Positions 1-10,760 of a stretch of 64,000 nucleotides of DNA are shown here, piece by piece. The stretch lies in IMG/VR virus record IMGVR_UViG_3300033388_007403. One strand, written 5' to 3'. Each line of letters opens with the position of its first letter. The stretch's first letter is position 1. This stretch comes from an uncultured virus (IMG/VR IMGVR_UViG_3300033388_007403) (Duplodnaviria; Heunggongvirae; Uroviricota; Caudoviricetes). Below the pieces are notes generated by a model. It saw nothing but the letters and a program-made list of their open reading frames with translations, did not search any database and was not told the DNA's origin. A program made the position numbers and the translations under genes.

Positions 1-262
1 CTTCGTTCCCGTATTTATCAACAGGTTTATATCTATACTCAAATAACCCATTCTCAGTTGCTTTTTTTGTTGTTGTATATAAATAACTATCACCCATAGA
101 TGGGTCATCTGTTGTTACTAAAGGAACAGAATATACAGTATCAACTTCCTCATCATATGATGGATTAGCAGACATATTATATATTATAATATAATCTTCT
201 GATTCCATTTCAGATGTAAGAAGATAGATATTAAACTTAATTTGTTGTGATATATATCTCAT
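1..262 (-). CDS. hypothetical protein, runs off the window edge
   Basis: ATG at 262-260, open frame MRYISQQIKFNIYLLTSEMESED... to the edge. Confidence 0.5.
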   Translation of the reverse strand, partial: MRYISQQIKFNIYLLTSEMESEDYIIIYNMSANPSYDEEVDTVYSVPLVTTDDPSMGDSYLYTTTKKATENGLFEYRYKPVDKYGNE

Positions 263-481
263 TTATTTATCTTTTTCTAATGCTTTCTTAAATGCCTTAT
301 CTGTAAGTGCTAATCTGTACAATACATCTTTTTTTCTTTGTTCTTCATTAACAACAATTATCTTTCCTTTTATATTATTATTTTCGGCAAAAAAACCTTT
401 TATTATTACATTTTTTCCATTGAAAGTGATTGTTATTGTGATATAATAATTATATGATTGTTTATACAGGAGGAATATGAA

Positions 482-907
482 ATGAGAAAAATAGGATTTA
501 CAGGCACAAGACACGGAATGACAGATAAACAAAAAGAAGCTGTCAAGGAATTTATCATCTCTAAAAAGTTCAATGAGTTCCATCACGGAGATTGTATAGG
601 ATCAGATAAAGAGTCTCACGATATAGTAGACAAATACAGGAAAGAAGAAGAAAAAAAGATAAGAATAGTAGGTCATCCTCCTAAATATAACAAATATAGA
701 GCAAATTGTAAATGTGATATATTATTAGCAAAAGAAGATTATTTGGTAAGAAATCATAATATTGTCGAAGCTACTGATATTCTAATAGCAACTCCAGATA
801 CAAAAGAAAGACTTCATTCTGGAACTTGGGCTACTATTCGTTATGCGAGGAAAAAAGATGTAAAAGTTTATATCTTTAATAAAAATGGTCAAATGAAAAT
901 GGAGTAA
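482..907 (+). CDS. SLOG-superfamily (DprA/YspA-like) nucleotide-binding protein
   Basis: IGFTGTR, HHGDCIGSD, RNHNIV, SGTWATIRYA motifs; AGGAGG RBS before ATG 482. Confidence 0.75.
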   Translation: MRKIGFTGTRHGMTDKQKEAVKEFIISKKFNEFHHGDCIGSDKESHDIVDKYRKEEEKKIRIVGHPPKYNKYRANCKCDILLAKEDYLVRNHNIVEATDILIATPDTKERLHSGTWATIRYARKKDVKVYIFNKNGQMKME

Positions 908-909
908 AT

Positions 910-1755
910 ATGAACAAATGTTTTTACCACAGTAAAGATTTAGATGGAAAATGCTCAGGAGCAATCATTAAAACAGCAGTCCCAGATTGTAAAATGATTG
1001 GATTCGACTATGGAGAGAGATTTCCTTGGGAAGAAATCACAAAAGATGATACTATCTATATGGTAGATCTCTCAAGACCTACTGTCGATGAATTATTCAA
1101 AATTGAAGACTCTTGTGAAGAATTTATTCTGATAGATCACCATAAATCAATATTCGAAAAACTTAAAGATAGCGAAAGAAAATTAAAAAATGTCCATATG
1201 GAACTAGATAAAGCAGCTTGTCAAATAGCTTGGAAAGTAATGTTCCCAAATAAAATTACCCCTACAGCAGTAATTCTTTTAGGTAAATATGATATATGGC
1301 ATCATGATGATCCCAGAGTTGTATTATTCCAAATGGGAATGTTAGCTTATGAGACACATCCTTTATCAGATATTTGGAGAGAAATATTTAATCAAAAAGG
1401 AGAAGGACATTATGAAAAAATCATAATTAAAACTATTGAGCTTGGAGAAAGAATAAAACAATATCAAAATAATGCTGATAAATGGGCTATGAATTTTACT
1501 TTTGTAACAGAATGGGAAGGATTAAGATTTTTATGTTTGAATAATGTAAGAACGGGTTCTCCACAGTTTAATTCTAAATACGACCCAAAGATACATGATG
1601 CTTTTCTTATATTCTATAGAACTCCAGAAAAGAAGTGGTCGGTACATATGTACACAGAAAAAAAGGAATTAGATCTATCTGTCATAGCTGAAAAATATGG
1701 AGGTGGAGGACACACAGATGCCTGTGGTTGTGAAATGAGTGAATTACCTTTTTAA
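910..1755 (+). CDS. DHH/DHHA1 family phosphoesterase
   Basis: DLDG, MVD, IDHH and C-terminal GGGGH..ACG motifs. Confidence 0.9.
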   Translation: MNKCFYHSKDLDGKCSGAIIKTAVPDCKMIGFDYGERFPWEEITKDDTIYMVDLSRPTVDELFKIEDSCEEFILIDHHKSIFEKLKDSERKLKNVHMELDKAACQIAWKVMFPNKITPTAVILLGKYDIWHHDDPRVVLFQMGMLAYETHPLSDIWREIFNQKGEGHYEKIIIKTIELGERIKQYQNNADKWAMNFTFVTEWEGLRFLCLNNVRTGSPQFNSKYDPKIHDAFLIFYRTPEKKWSVHMYTEKKELDLSVIAEKYGGGGHTDACGCEMSELPF

Positions 1756-1769
1756 TAGGAGGCTACAAT

Positions 1770-2141
1770 ATGAATCATTATTATAGTGAAGATATTATAA
1801 AAAAAGCAATACCAATTGAAATATGTGGAATCAAAAATTATGAATGTGAATCTGATATCAGATGTCCCTATTGTGATTCAAAAAATTTCAAATTAGAAAA
1901 CGAAATGTTAGAATTCATTGATATAACAACAGAACTTACTGAAGATGATTATAAAAAAGATGTAGACTGCATATGCTATAATTGCGATAAAGTATTTTTA
2001 GTTACAGTATCTTTAGAATTTATAAGAGAAATCAATTATGAAGTGGTAGGAAAACTACAACCAGAAGATATTATTAAAGATTGTCCTGGTCAATCCTATT
2101 TTTGGGAGAACTTAGAATTAGGTGGAATCAAGATATATTAA
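1770..2141 (+). CDS. hypothetical zinc-ribbon protein
   Basis: CPYC...CYNC pair; AGGAGG RBS. Confidence 0.6.
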   Translation: MNHYYSEDIIKKAIPIEICGIKNYECESDIRCPYCDSKNFKLENEMLEFIDITTELTEDDYKKDVDCICYNCDKVFLVTVSLEFIREINYEVVGKLQPEDIIKDCPGQSYFWENLELGGIKIY

Positions 2142-3120
2142 TTTTTTTCACAAATGCAATTTTGATAAATGGACTTTTCTCATTATTTTTAATATAATAA
2201 GCCACTATGAAAGTATCTTCAGATATTTTTATTATCCCAGTATATCCAAAATGATATAAATTTTCTCTACTCTCACTTTCTATATCAAATCTTTTTACTT
2301 CCCTTTCTTTGCCAATAGGATGATAGAATAATGAGACACAAATCTCTTTTGTATTACGATATGCCCCTATTATCATATTATCATCTCTAATGGCTGTGAC
2401 GCGCTGCCCCATAATACTCCCCAGAGCCTCAGGATAGCTCCAGTTAATTCCATCTTCAGATTTAGTATAATATACCGATTTAAAATGCCATGTATTATCA
2501 CGCAAATAGGAGACTAGATATTTATCATCCACATTTACAAATGAACCCTCACAATATTGCTTATCTTGAGCATTAGCTACTATGCTGCAATCATACCAAA
2601 GATCTCCATCTTTTGACCAATTAACTAACTGAACAAGATCATTTTTAGATGATTTTATCTTATGATTTCCCAAAAATAATTTATCTTTAAATGGGATAAT
2701 TTTATCTGGAACCATCCCAATCAGTGGTGTTTTGTATAAATGGAAAATTCCACCATCATTAAAGCTTCTTAATAGAAATGTTCTAAAACGAGCAATTCTT
2801 TCTATTGTGCCATCTTTTGTATCACATATAATATTAAGAGATTCTTCATATCCATTGTGCATGTAAGATAATCTTGGACAATTCCACACCATTCCGTCTT
2901 TTTTTAAACTGAGTGGAAACCTATGTGTTTCTCTCCAGGTTTTCCCTTTATCCATTGACTTCATTAATACTAATGTTGATTTTTCCGGATGATGAGCAGT
3001 TCCTTCTCTATACACTAAAAATAATTTATTAGAATCTTTTTTGCTCTGGAGGATATCTGGGAAAGAACAATACTCATTTTTTTTCTTTGCTACAACTTTT
3101 GTATTCAATAATTCAAACAT
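2128..3120 (-). CDS. BNR/Asp-box repeat (sialidase-like beta-propeller) protein
   Basis: Repeated Asp boxes SMDKGKTW, SFNDGG, SKDGDLW, SEDGINW. Confidence 0.8.
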   Translation of the reverse strand: MFELLNTKVVAKKKNEYCSFPDILQSKKDSNKLFLVYREGTAHHPEKSTLVLMKSMDKGKTWRETHRFPLSLKKDGMVWNCPRLSYMHNGYEESLNIICDTKDGTIERIARFRTFLLRSFNDGGIFHLYKTPLIGMVPDKIIPFKDKLFLGNHKIKSSKNDLVQLVNWSKDGDLWYDCSIVANAQDKQYCEGSFVNVDDKYLVSYLRDNTWHFKSVYYTKSEDGINWSYPEALGSIMGQRVTAIRDDNMIIGAYRNTKEICVSLFYHPIGKEREVKRFDIESESRENLYHFGYTGIIKISEDTFIVAYYIKNNEKSPFIKIAFVKKINIS

Positions 3121-3386
3121 TATAACTCCTCTTCATCTATATGGTTATCTTCATTAGAGTAGTAATCTGACTCATCCATCTTGTCACAAAATGATCGTTT
3201 TGGATTAATAAACTCTTCTTCTGCCATTCTCTCAAATTCTGCATGTTCATTCTCTAGCTGTGCTACTTTTTTATCATTGCAACGGTGTAAAGGTGTGCCT
3301 TTTTTAATATTCTCTCCACAAATAGGACAATGCCTATTAAATGGTTCTATATTGTTGGGGTAACGATTTTTTCTCTTTTTTGTCAT
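3120..3386 (-). CDS. hypothetical protein (CPIC...HRC)
   Basis: ORF track; stop/start overlap with neighbour. Confidence 0.55.
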   Translation of the reverse strand: MTKKRKNRYPNNIEPFNRHCPICGENIKKGTPLHRCNDKKVAQLENEHAEFERMAEEEFINPKRSFCDKMDESDYYSNEDNHIDEEEL

Positions 3387-3418
3387 ACAGAAAAATCGTC
3401 AAAAGAGGTGTAAAATCT

Positions 3419-3673
3419 TTAATCAAAATCTATTAAATCAAATCTAGTAACAAAGTCCCAATCTTTATAATCAGAAAATTCTAGATCTATTCCCTTTGTA
3501 GCGGCTCCTGTGTAGTCTGTATAGTTGTCCCAATCATCATCACAATGATAAACAACAAAAATCCATTTATCGTTCCAGGATTTAATGAGACCATATGTTC
3601 TCTTCCCTGCATGATCTTTGTAGAAAACGCCTCTGCCTTTATCTCTAGATTTAAGATTGTCTATTTTAACCAT
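3419..3673 (-). CDS. hypothetical protein ending in RFDLIDFD
   Basis: ORF track; shared C-terminal motif. Confidence 0.7.
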   Translation of the reverse strand: MVKIDNLKSRDKGRGVFYKDHAGKRTYGLIKSWNDKWIFVVYHCDDDWDNYTDYTGAATKGIDLEFSDYKDWDFVTRFDLIDFD

Positions 3674-3969
3674 TATTCATTTTTACTCATTTTCTCCACA
3701 ACAGCATTTCTTACAGTATTAAGAAAAGAGCTTGAACATCCACAATCAAACATAGGATAAAGATAATCTTGTTCATTTTCTTTTATTTTATCACGTATAG
3801 AGCAAATAAAAGTTCCTAATTCTTTGTCATCTTCTTCTAGGAATAAGCAATCTTTTTTCCCAGGAGAATATCTTCCATAAGAACATAATCCTTTTTTACA
3901 ACAATAACCACATTTTACACAAGTATCAATCATTTTTTTCAAACATATTAAATATGTCAGTCGCATCAT
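3673..3969 (-). CDS. CxxCxxCC (YkgJ-like) cysteine-cluster protein
   Basis: CVKCGYCC...CLFL...CSI pattern; true start may be downstream. Confidence 0.6.
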   Translation of the reverse strand: MMRLTYLICLKKMIDTCVKCGYCCKKGLCSYGRYSPGKKDCLFLEEDDKELGTFICSIRDKIKENEQDYLYPMFDCGCSSSFLNTVRNAVVEKMSKNE

Positions 3970-4192
3970 CTGCTTCTTTTACTTCTACTTTAAAATCACT
4001 ATCCATAGCAAACATAATATTCGAAGCCATTCTGAAATTCATATCTCCAGTACCTCTCATAAACTCTTTAAGATATTTTTGGCTAATCTTCATTTTTTTG
4101 CCAAAATTTTTATATCTATTCCCTTTTCATCCATTGTTCTGGCGATGAGTTCAGTAATATCTATAATCAATTTTTCTTGAAAATAGAGTTTT

Positions 4193-5056
4193 TTAAGCTT
4201 CTTTTTTTCGTGTCTTCTCATATTCAAAATCCGTATATAAACTTTCTCTCATTCTAGCCGCAACTGCTATTTTATCACATTTCTCATTTTCTGGATGATC
4301 ATTATGTCCTTTCACCCATTCAATAATAATACGATTTTTGCTCAATAAATGGTATAATTTTTTCCACAAATCCTGGTTCTTCACAGGTTTTTTTGAAGTT
4401 GTTTTCCAACCATTGTCTTTCCAATTATTTAACCAACCTTTATTAATAGCATCAGATACATATTTAGAATCAGTATAGATAAGAACATCGGCAGAACCGC
4501 CAATTCTCTCAAGTGGATGTATTACCCCTAACAACTCCATTCTGTTATTTGTTGTTAGTTTATATCCACCTTCATAGATTTTTTCTCTATCACTGAACTT
4601 CACAATTGCTCCAAATCCACCTTTGCCAGGATTACCAGAACAAGCTCCGTCAGAGTAAATGATTACTTTCTTTCTTTCAATAAGATTCTTCTGTATTCCC
4701 CAATTTATCCAGGCATCTGTTGATTCACCAAGATTGCCAGGAGTCTCTATTTTCTCTATTTTAGTTTTATTAGCAAATTCCGCTAAGAGACAGAATAACC
4801 AGGTTTTTTCAAATTGCATTCTTTTTAAGATATATGGAACTGCTCTTTCTCCTATTTTCTTCATAGAGATATAGCAAGGATGGTCAACACAAATCCAAGA
4901 AAAATTACTAGTTTCTTCTCTCCATCTGTTAGCTAATTTATTGAAATAATCTTCTTCATCGTGGCAGAGAACAGTTTTATCTCCACCACATCTTTCACAA
5001 GATTTCTGCTCATCTTCATTCTTGCCAACACATTGATAGCATTTGAATTCTTCCAT
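4193..5056 (-). CDS. rnhA: ribonuclease HI with N-terminal extension
   Basis: YSDGACSGNPGKGG, TTNNRMEL, TDSKY, KNQDLW, WVKGH..NEKCD. Confidence 0.93.
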   Translation of the reverse strand: MEEFKCYQCVGKNEDEQKSCERCGGDKTVLCHDEEDYFNKLANRWREETSNFSWICVDHPCYISMKKIGERAVPYILKRMQFEKTWLFCLLAEFANKTKIEKIETPGNLGESTDAWINWGIQKNLIERKKVIIYSDGACSGNPGKGGFGAIVKFSDREKIYEGGYKLTTNNRMELLGVIHPLERIGGSADVLIYTDSKYVSDAINKGWLNNWKDNGWKTTSKKPVKNQDLWKKLYHLLSKNRIIIEWVKGHNDHPENEKCDKIAVAARMRESLYTDFEYEKTRKKEA

Positions 5057-5523
5057 TAACAAGCCCTTCCTACAGCCCACAGTCCAAACTTAGACTCATC
5101 CCAAAAACCATGTGGCTCTAATGCTTCTTTTAACCTGTTTTTTATTTCAGAAAGATTTTCGGGAAGAGAAATCATTTCTGGAAAATTATTATCATAGCAG
5201 AGATCTCCATGAGCCACTTTTACTCCAATAGCAAATGTTTGAATTACCTTATAATGATCCCTATCAATCTCATCATATCCACGAATATGCATAAGCTCAA
5301 TTCCGAATAGCATTGCTTCTCCATCTGTATCAGATTCACCTTCATCATATCCTTCAATTGGATTTTCTTCTTTTCTCCAAGCTTTTCCGCCACAAGTTGG
5401 ACAGAATTTCATATCCTGGGTCACTTTTTTTTTGCTACAACCACAGGTTCTGACCAGTCTATCAGGAAGAATTTTTTCAGGGTCAATTTCAATACCAATA
5501 ATTGCATTTGCATAAAAACTCAT
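5056..5523 (-). CDS. hypothetical protein with zinc-ribbon insert
   Basis: FCPTCG; coupled stop/start. Confidence 0.6.
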   Translation of the reverse strand: MSFYANAIIGIEIDPEKILPDRLVRTCGCSKKKVTQDMKFCPTCGGKAWRKEENPIEGYDEGESDTDGEAMLFGIELMHIRGYDEIDRDHYKVIQTFAIGVKVAHGDLCYDNNFPEMISLPENLSEIKNRLKEALEPHGFWDESKFGLWAVGRAC

Positions 5524-5525
5524 AC

Positions 5526-6197
5526 TTATTTTACATCTCCAATAATTCGTTTAAGATTATCTTTTAACTTTACGTCTGTTTTTGCTTTTAATTCATTTAT
5601 CAATTCTATAATCTGTTCCTTTGAAGGCTCAGGAAGTTTGTGTCCTTTGCTGTCAGCACCGATATTAATCCAAGTTGGGTTAGCAACAATAATTAAATCT
5701 ACTAACTCTTCAAGATCAAAATCAAAGATAGGCTCAATAGTTACTATTGTCTCATATCCATTATCTCCCATAATAGAAAGATTAATAACCCTATCATAAT
5801 ATGAAGGAGCTTTAGAGATAACATAATCTTCTCTATTAGTTTCTATTGTTGTTCCAAAGACACAGATTGGAGGGTAGTCATTTATAAAATCTAAAAATCT
5901 TGCTGTATTTTTGCTCTGAAACAAATACTTATTTGTAGGGTATTTGTTGCAATGCTCTAACACTTTTCTAATCCATTCCGTTGGGATATCTTCTGCAAAC
6001 ATATCTATTGTATGTCCTACAAAGATAAAATTATTTTCACCAAGGTCATCTTTCAAATACTTTTCATCTAAATGAGCAACATCTAGTGGAAACTTTTTCA
6101 TATAACAATATGAGCAATCGTGCAAACACTTTCCTTTGATTGGACCCCACATATGGGTCACAAAATCATACATATTACCTTTTTGTTTCTTTAACAT
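5526..6197 (-). CDS. radical SAM-like protein (phage Gp37/Gp68, DUF5131-like)
   Basis: CLHDCSYCY (CxxxCxxC); FQSKN, TIEP, WINIG motifs. Confidence 0.8.
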   Translation of the reverse strand: MLKKQKGNMYDFVTHMWGPIKGKCLHDCSYCYMKKFPLDVAHLDEKYLKDDLGENNFIFVGHTIDMFAEDIPTEWIRKVLEHCNKYPTNKYLFQSKNTARFLDFINDYPPICVFGTTIETNREDYVISKAPSYYDRVINLSIMGDNGYETIVTIEPIFDFDLEELVDLIIVANPTWINIGADSKGHKLPEPSKEQIIELINELKAKTDVKLKDNLKRIIGDVK

Positions 6198-6523
6198 AGT
6201 TTACTCCAAATTCAATTCTTGCCATTCAGCTACATCATAGATAGATGAACCACCTGACGTTTTTCCTTTATTTGATGTCAATTTCCAATTAGCATTTTTA
6301 TTTATATCCCATTCTTCAGGGGCACAACCAAGAAATATAAGGGCACAACTTAATAATATAATCATTACAATTAATAGTATAATCATTATAACATTCTTCA
6401 TCTTACTTTCCTTTACTTTTTAAAAATTCTTCAATCCGTTTTCTTAGTTCAAGTATTTCTTCTACCAGCACACATGGTTCTACACCATCAAACTCATTAT
6501 CCATTGCTTCATCTATTTCTTCT

Positions 6524-7132
6524 TCACTTATCTCCATTTTTCACTCCATTTTTATACATTATTGATTGGCACAACATTTCCAATACATCTTCTGGCTTAG
6601 CATCTTTCATTTCAGTTCCACCTGGAAGATGTTTCCAATTTCTCACTATTGTCATAGGATCCATTGGAGGAGTATCTTTTTTCAATTTTCCATTCACACT
6701 TACAATCTCCCAAGGCAAATCTGTTGAAGCATCTCCATCTTCTTCTAAGACCTCATGACCGTAGAGAATAATATCAACATAATTACATTTTCTTTTGCCT
6801 TCACCAATCTTAATCCTAACTTTTGGAGGTTCATGTTCTCTTCCAGGAACCTTCTCATAATTTGCTTCTAATCTCATTCCATCGAACATAGGAAAATCTG
6901 TATAGGTATAAAATCCATAGCACATATGTTCAGGAACATGAAGGATCATAACGCCTTCTCTATACCCATTTTCCAACATTGGAAGAGACAACTGGTCTCC
7001 AAATCTTTTATTGTCAAACAACAATTCTGTTGCCAACAATCCGAGTTGATCCCAAGTTCCGTTGAAGTTAGTGAATTCGGAATCCCTTGTTTGCCGCTTT
7101 GCGAAGTCATTCACTCCTACTGTCCTTTTCAT
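6524..7132 (-). CDS. DUF3228-like protein
   Basis: DFAKRQ, GYREGV, VDIILY, PMDPMTIVRN..GG resemble DUF3228. Confidence 0.6.
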   Translation of the reverse strand: MKRTVGVNDFAKRQTRDSEFTNFNGTWDQLGLLATELLFDNKRFGDQLSLPMLENGYREGVMILHVPEHMCYGFYTYTDFPMFDGMRLEANYEKVPGREHEPPKVRIKIGEGKRKCNYVDIILYGHEVLEEDGDASTDLPWEIVSVNGKLKKDTPPMDPMTIVRNWKHLPGGTEMKDAKPEDVLEMLCQSIMYKNGVKNGDK

Positions 7133-7143
7133 TCTACATTCCT

Positions 7144-7389
7144 TTAATCAAAATCTATTAAATCAAACCTACTTGTTGGGTCATCATCTCTTTGATTTTT
7201 TTCTTTTGCCATTTTCCATTCTCTGTACTTTATTTCTTCATCCAACTGCCGATATATTGATAAATGAGTTTTATTACCTCTTTGCAACATATTTCTACTA
7301 TTCTTTAAATGATTATAATCCATCTCTCTAAGATATTTGTTTATACCTTTTTTTGTTCTCCATACAATATTTGGATCTGGTTGTTCCAC
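7144..7389 (-). CDS. hypothetical protein ending in RFDLIDFD
   Basis: ORF track. Confidence 0.65.
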   Translation of the reverse strand: MEQPDPNIVWRTKKGINKYLREMDYNHLKNSRNMLQRGNKTHLSIYRQLDEEIKYREWKMAKEKNQRDDDPTSRFDLIDFD

Positions 7390-7598
7390 TATTGGACATC
7401 CTTAAACGTCTTTCCTCTAGTAGGATGTCTCCTAACAGCTTCTCTTACTCTGTTTCTTACCAATGCTTCAATATCATCTAAAGCAGCAGCAGATACACAG
7501 GTACACTCCCATCCTGGTCTTAACAGTTCAGTCATATGAAGAATATATCTTTTCATTGCTGCTCTGTTCGTAATCATTTCTTTTTGTTTCACCATCAT
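7389..7598 (-). CDS. small basic protein, probable bacterial/phage-type histone fold
   Basis: alpha1 (AAMKRYI), VSxxALDDIEALVRNRVREAV long helix, R..GKT loop. Confidence 0.5.
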   Translation of the reverse strand: MMVKQKEMITNRAAMKRYILHMTELLRPGWECTCVSAAALDDIEALVRNRVREAVRRHPTRGKTFKDVQ

Positions 7599-7604
7599 TT
7601 TTCC

Positions 7605-8026
7605 TTAATCTAAATCTATTAAATCAAATCTATTTGTTTCTCTTGGATCTGGTCTCATAAAATCTAATTCTGAATTTGTTCCATCTTGACTCAATTTATT
7701 TAATTTATAAAAGTCTTTATCACTGAGACTCGTTATATATGCTTTTCATGTATTATACCATTTCCAATATACTTCAGTAGGTATTAAATTCTCATTTTGA
7801 GCACCTTTAACTCCTATCCTATCTAACTGCGTTACTGCATATTGCTGAGTTTCTCTCATCGCAAGAATATCTTCTTCTATTTTTAGTGTAGATTCAATCC
7901 TACCATCACCCAGATCATGTTCTATTCTCCAGATAAAACCACCAAGACTATCAATTGTAAAGTATAAAAGCTGCTCACAGCCCGTATCTAACTTTTCTTT
8001 TGTTTTTTTTCTACTCTTTCAAACAT
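7605..8026 (-). pseudogene. disrupted ORF ending in NRFDLIDLD
   Basis: C-terminal frame ends with the shared motif but has an upstream in-frame TGA (about 7746-7748). Confidence 0.4.
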
Positions 8027-8088
8027 TATTTTCCTCTAATAATTTCATAAGTATCTATTAATGAATAACTTATGATGTTAATATTAAT

Positions 8089-8117
8089 ATTATAGCAGAA
8101 ACGAAATGATTTGTCAA
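8089..8117 (-). promoter_or_regulatory. sigma70-type promoter
   Basis: TTGACA-N17-TATAAT perfect consensus. Confidence 0.8.
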
Positions 8118-8533
8118 GTGTTTTTTTCTATATTTTCGACAGAAGCAGTAACACCTTCTCCGTCTTTTGCTTCATAGTAATGAAATTTCATATGGCAATT
8201 AGCACAGAGAAGCTTACATTTCTTAATTTCTTTTTTTACAGCACCTAATCCATATTTATAAAGTTTATGGATACTTGCTCTCTTTTTAGAAGGATCTATA
8301 TGGTGAAAAATTAGACATGCTGGATCTGTTTCCATACAATTTGAGCATTTGTTATCTTTCTTAATTTTCCAGGCATATTCTCTTGCTTCTCGTACTTGTT
8401 TCTTTCTTCTTATTTTTCTTTTCATTTTTTCTTTTAAAAGTAATTTTTTTTCTTTCTCTCTTCTTGGTTTTTCAATTTCTTCATAATATTTTTTTCTTCT
8501 TGCTTTTGCTTTTTCTTTGTCTTTATATGGCAA
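8114..8533 (-). CDS. HNH endonuclease
   Basis: CSNC...FHHIDP...LCANCH. Confidence 0.85.
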   Translation of the reverse strand: MPYKDKEKAKARRKKYYEEIEKPRREKEKKLLLKEKMKRKIRRKKQVREAREYAWKIKKDNKCSNCMETDPACLIFHHIDPSKKRASIHKLYKYGLGAVKKEIKKCKLLCANCHMKFHYYEAKDGEGVTASVENIEKNT

Positions 8534-8813
8534 AATGTTCTCCTATTATAACAAAAATATAATATATTTGAGAAGTGGAAATGATTCTTATCTAAATCTT
8601 TTTTTCAACTTGCCTGTTTTGGTGTACATCCCAGTTAACATTAATATCTTCTTAGCGTACTCAGGATCTTTTTTGACTCTTTCTGTAGTTTCTTTTATCT
8701 TTTTCATTAACGCATTATATTCTTTATCATTCATATTTACATCTCCTAAAAAGTAATTAGAAAAGCTCACCATTACAGTGAGCTTTTCTTTTCTCCTGCT
8801 TCTGTAAAGAGGG

Positions 8814-9233
8814 TTAATCTAAATCAAGATGCATAAACTTATCTATGCCTTCTTCTCTAATTTTAATTTCTTTTTCTAATTCTTTATTCCTTTTTAATAA
8901 TTCATCGTTTGTTAAATTCAAACCATCGATAGTCTCTTGTGTGTGGATCTTATTTGTTTTTAATTGAGCGATTTCTGTGTGAATTTCTCTATACCTGTTA
9001 CCCATTTTTTTATTTTCGGTAATTAAATGATTTCTATAACATCTTTCATCACAGAATGTAGAGTAACCATGAACAACATAGTGTTCTACAGTGAGTCCCA
9101 TATCACAATGTTCACATCTTCTCATCCCCATATAAATGTCCTCTGAAAATCCTCTTCTTCTATCAGAACTACAACTGCTACCACTACAACTGCTACTGGT
9201 TTTAATATAATCCGTTATTTCCACAATTCCCAT
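8814..9233 (-). CDS. hypothetical zinc-finger/coiled-coil protein
   Basis: CEHC...FCDERC then heptads; ends DKFMHLDLD. Confidence 0.6.
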   Translation of the reverse strand: MGIVEITDYIKTSSSCSGSSCSSDRRRGFSEDIYMGMRRCEHCDMGLTVEHYVVHGYSTFCDERCYRNHLITENKKMGNRYREIHTEIAQLKTNKIHTQETIDGLNLTNDELLKRNKELEKEIKIREEGIDKFMHLDLD

Positions 9234-9243
9234 TTTTTTCCTC

Positions 9244-9510
9244 CTATTTATTCTTGTCTTTCAACAATTTTTTCAAATAATCTATCTCCCTTTGTCCCGC
9301 TTCTGAATCGAACTCTGCATATTTGCATCTTATATTTAAATCTTGTATTTTATCGGTTAAATCTACTATTGCATTATTTATTTCTGCTTTTTCTTCTTCT
9401 AATGATTGAATATATCTGATGTATTTTGCTCTATGTTCTTCTTGCTCTTCTTTTAACTTTTGAATGTGCTCAATTAACTCTGCTTTTTTTAATCTTTTTA
9501 AATTTTTCAT
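9244..9510 (-). CDS. coiled-coil hypothetical protein
   Basis: ORF track. Confidence 0.6.
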   Translation of the reverse strand: MKNLKRLKKAELIEHIQKLKEEQEEHRAKYIRYIQSLEEEKAEINNAIVDLTDKIQDLNIRCKYAEFDSEAGQREIDYLKKLLKDKNK

Positions 9511-10080
9511 TTATATTTCCATTAATTCAAAGCGTGATATTTCATTATCTTTATAATATTTTTTATATGTCTTAGTAAATTCTTTATATAAAGCATCGAT
9601 ACCTACGTTGTCTAAAGATAAACTAATTTTTATTTCTTTTTGTGTTGGGATTATTAATCTGCTTGTTGAGGTTTTTAGAAAAGATGGTATAGCAGAAATT
9701 CTTCCTTTGAAAACATATTCTTCATATTCTTCATCGCTTCCACAATTTTTCTTTTTTGTTCTTGATTTTATGCCGATATAACAGTCTTTAGTTTGATAGA
9801 TATCTCTAGTTTCTTCTTCAAAAAGAGAAAATAATTGTGTTTTATTGTAATAATCCATAAATACTGTATAAAATATTGTTGGATTTTTTGTTACATTCCT
9901 ATTGCCATTTGTATAGAAAACATTAGGAAGAAAATCTATATTAATATGATTATATCTCATTATGTGAACTTTTAGTTTATTTTTTGTATATACCCAAAAA
10001 TCTTCTGGTCTTGGCAATAACACTTCTACTAGATTCATATCTCTTATTTTCCTATTCTTTTCATTGCGTCTTCTAAACAA
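9511..10080 (-). CDS. hypothetical protein ending in SRFELMEI
   Basis: ORF track. Confidence 0.6.
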   Translation of the reverse strand: MFRRRNEKNRKIRDMNLVEVLLPRPEDFWVYTKNKLKVHIMRYNHINIDFLPNVFYTNGNRNVTKNPTIFYTVFMDYYNKTQLFSLFEEETRDIYQTKDCYIGIKSRTKKKNCGSDEEYEEYVFKGRISAIPSFLKTSTSRLIIPTQKEIKISLSLDNVGIDALYKEFTKTYKKYYKDNEISRFELMEI

Positions 10081-10325
10081 ATACTCTTTAATTCTCCAGT
10101 ATAATCAACCCATCTGCTCCATCCTCCAGAGCCATAAAGCTCTGCATACTCTTCTGCTATAAAATCATACATTTTTTTTTTCATTATATCTTATAATTAT
10201 TCTCTGTACTAAATCTACGGCAATAGAAAAAGGATAATGAACATATTCGTAACCACCAAATTCATGCTCACGGACTTCCCATTCATCATATCCTACTTTT
10301 ATTTTATCAAGTACATTTTTTTTGT

Positions 10326-10760
10326 TCATAATTCCATTCCTTTAAATCTATTAACAATATTATCAAACCTCCAATCTTGGTGAGAATTATTGTAAAGTCT
10401 TAAAAGATATTCATTACTCATATCTTGAAATAGTTTCCAATCATAATCGCTTACATACTTTTTATCTCCAACAACTTTACTTCCACCCCAGATGAATAAA
10501 GTAATTTCTCTTATTTTATCATTTCTGCTTCTATGATCCCAATCACGAAGCAATAAAATTTTAGAAGGGCTTGTGCCTCTAATAGCATTGGCATTAAAAG
10601 CATATTTATAAATATATTCTTCATCATTTTTACGAGAATAAATTTCAGTATCAATTCCAAAAGCTTCTGGAAAAAGATTGATTTTTTTAATCCACCAATC
10701 AAATGTTCTCTTATCAGCAGCAAATATTAAAACTAATTTATAATCTTTACTCATCTTCAT
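10326..10760 (-). CDS. hypothetical protein ending in NRFKGMEL
   Basis: ORF track. Confidence 0.6.
   Translation of the reverse strand: MKMSKDYKLVLIFAADKRTFDWWIKKINLFPEAFGIDTEIYSRKNDEEYIYKYAFNANAIRGTSPSKILLLRDWDHRSRNDKIREITLFIWGGSKVVGDKKYVSDYDWKLFQDMSNEYLLRLYNNSHQDWRFDNIVNRFKGMEL

Noticed and set aside
263..586. 107-aa - strand ORF
   Set aside because: Its 5' part overlaps the better-supported SLOG gene and its promoter region. At most a short 3' portion may be real.
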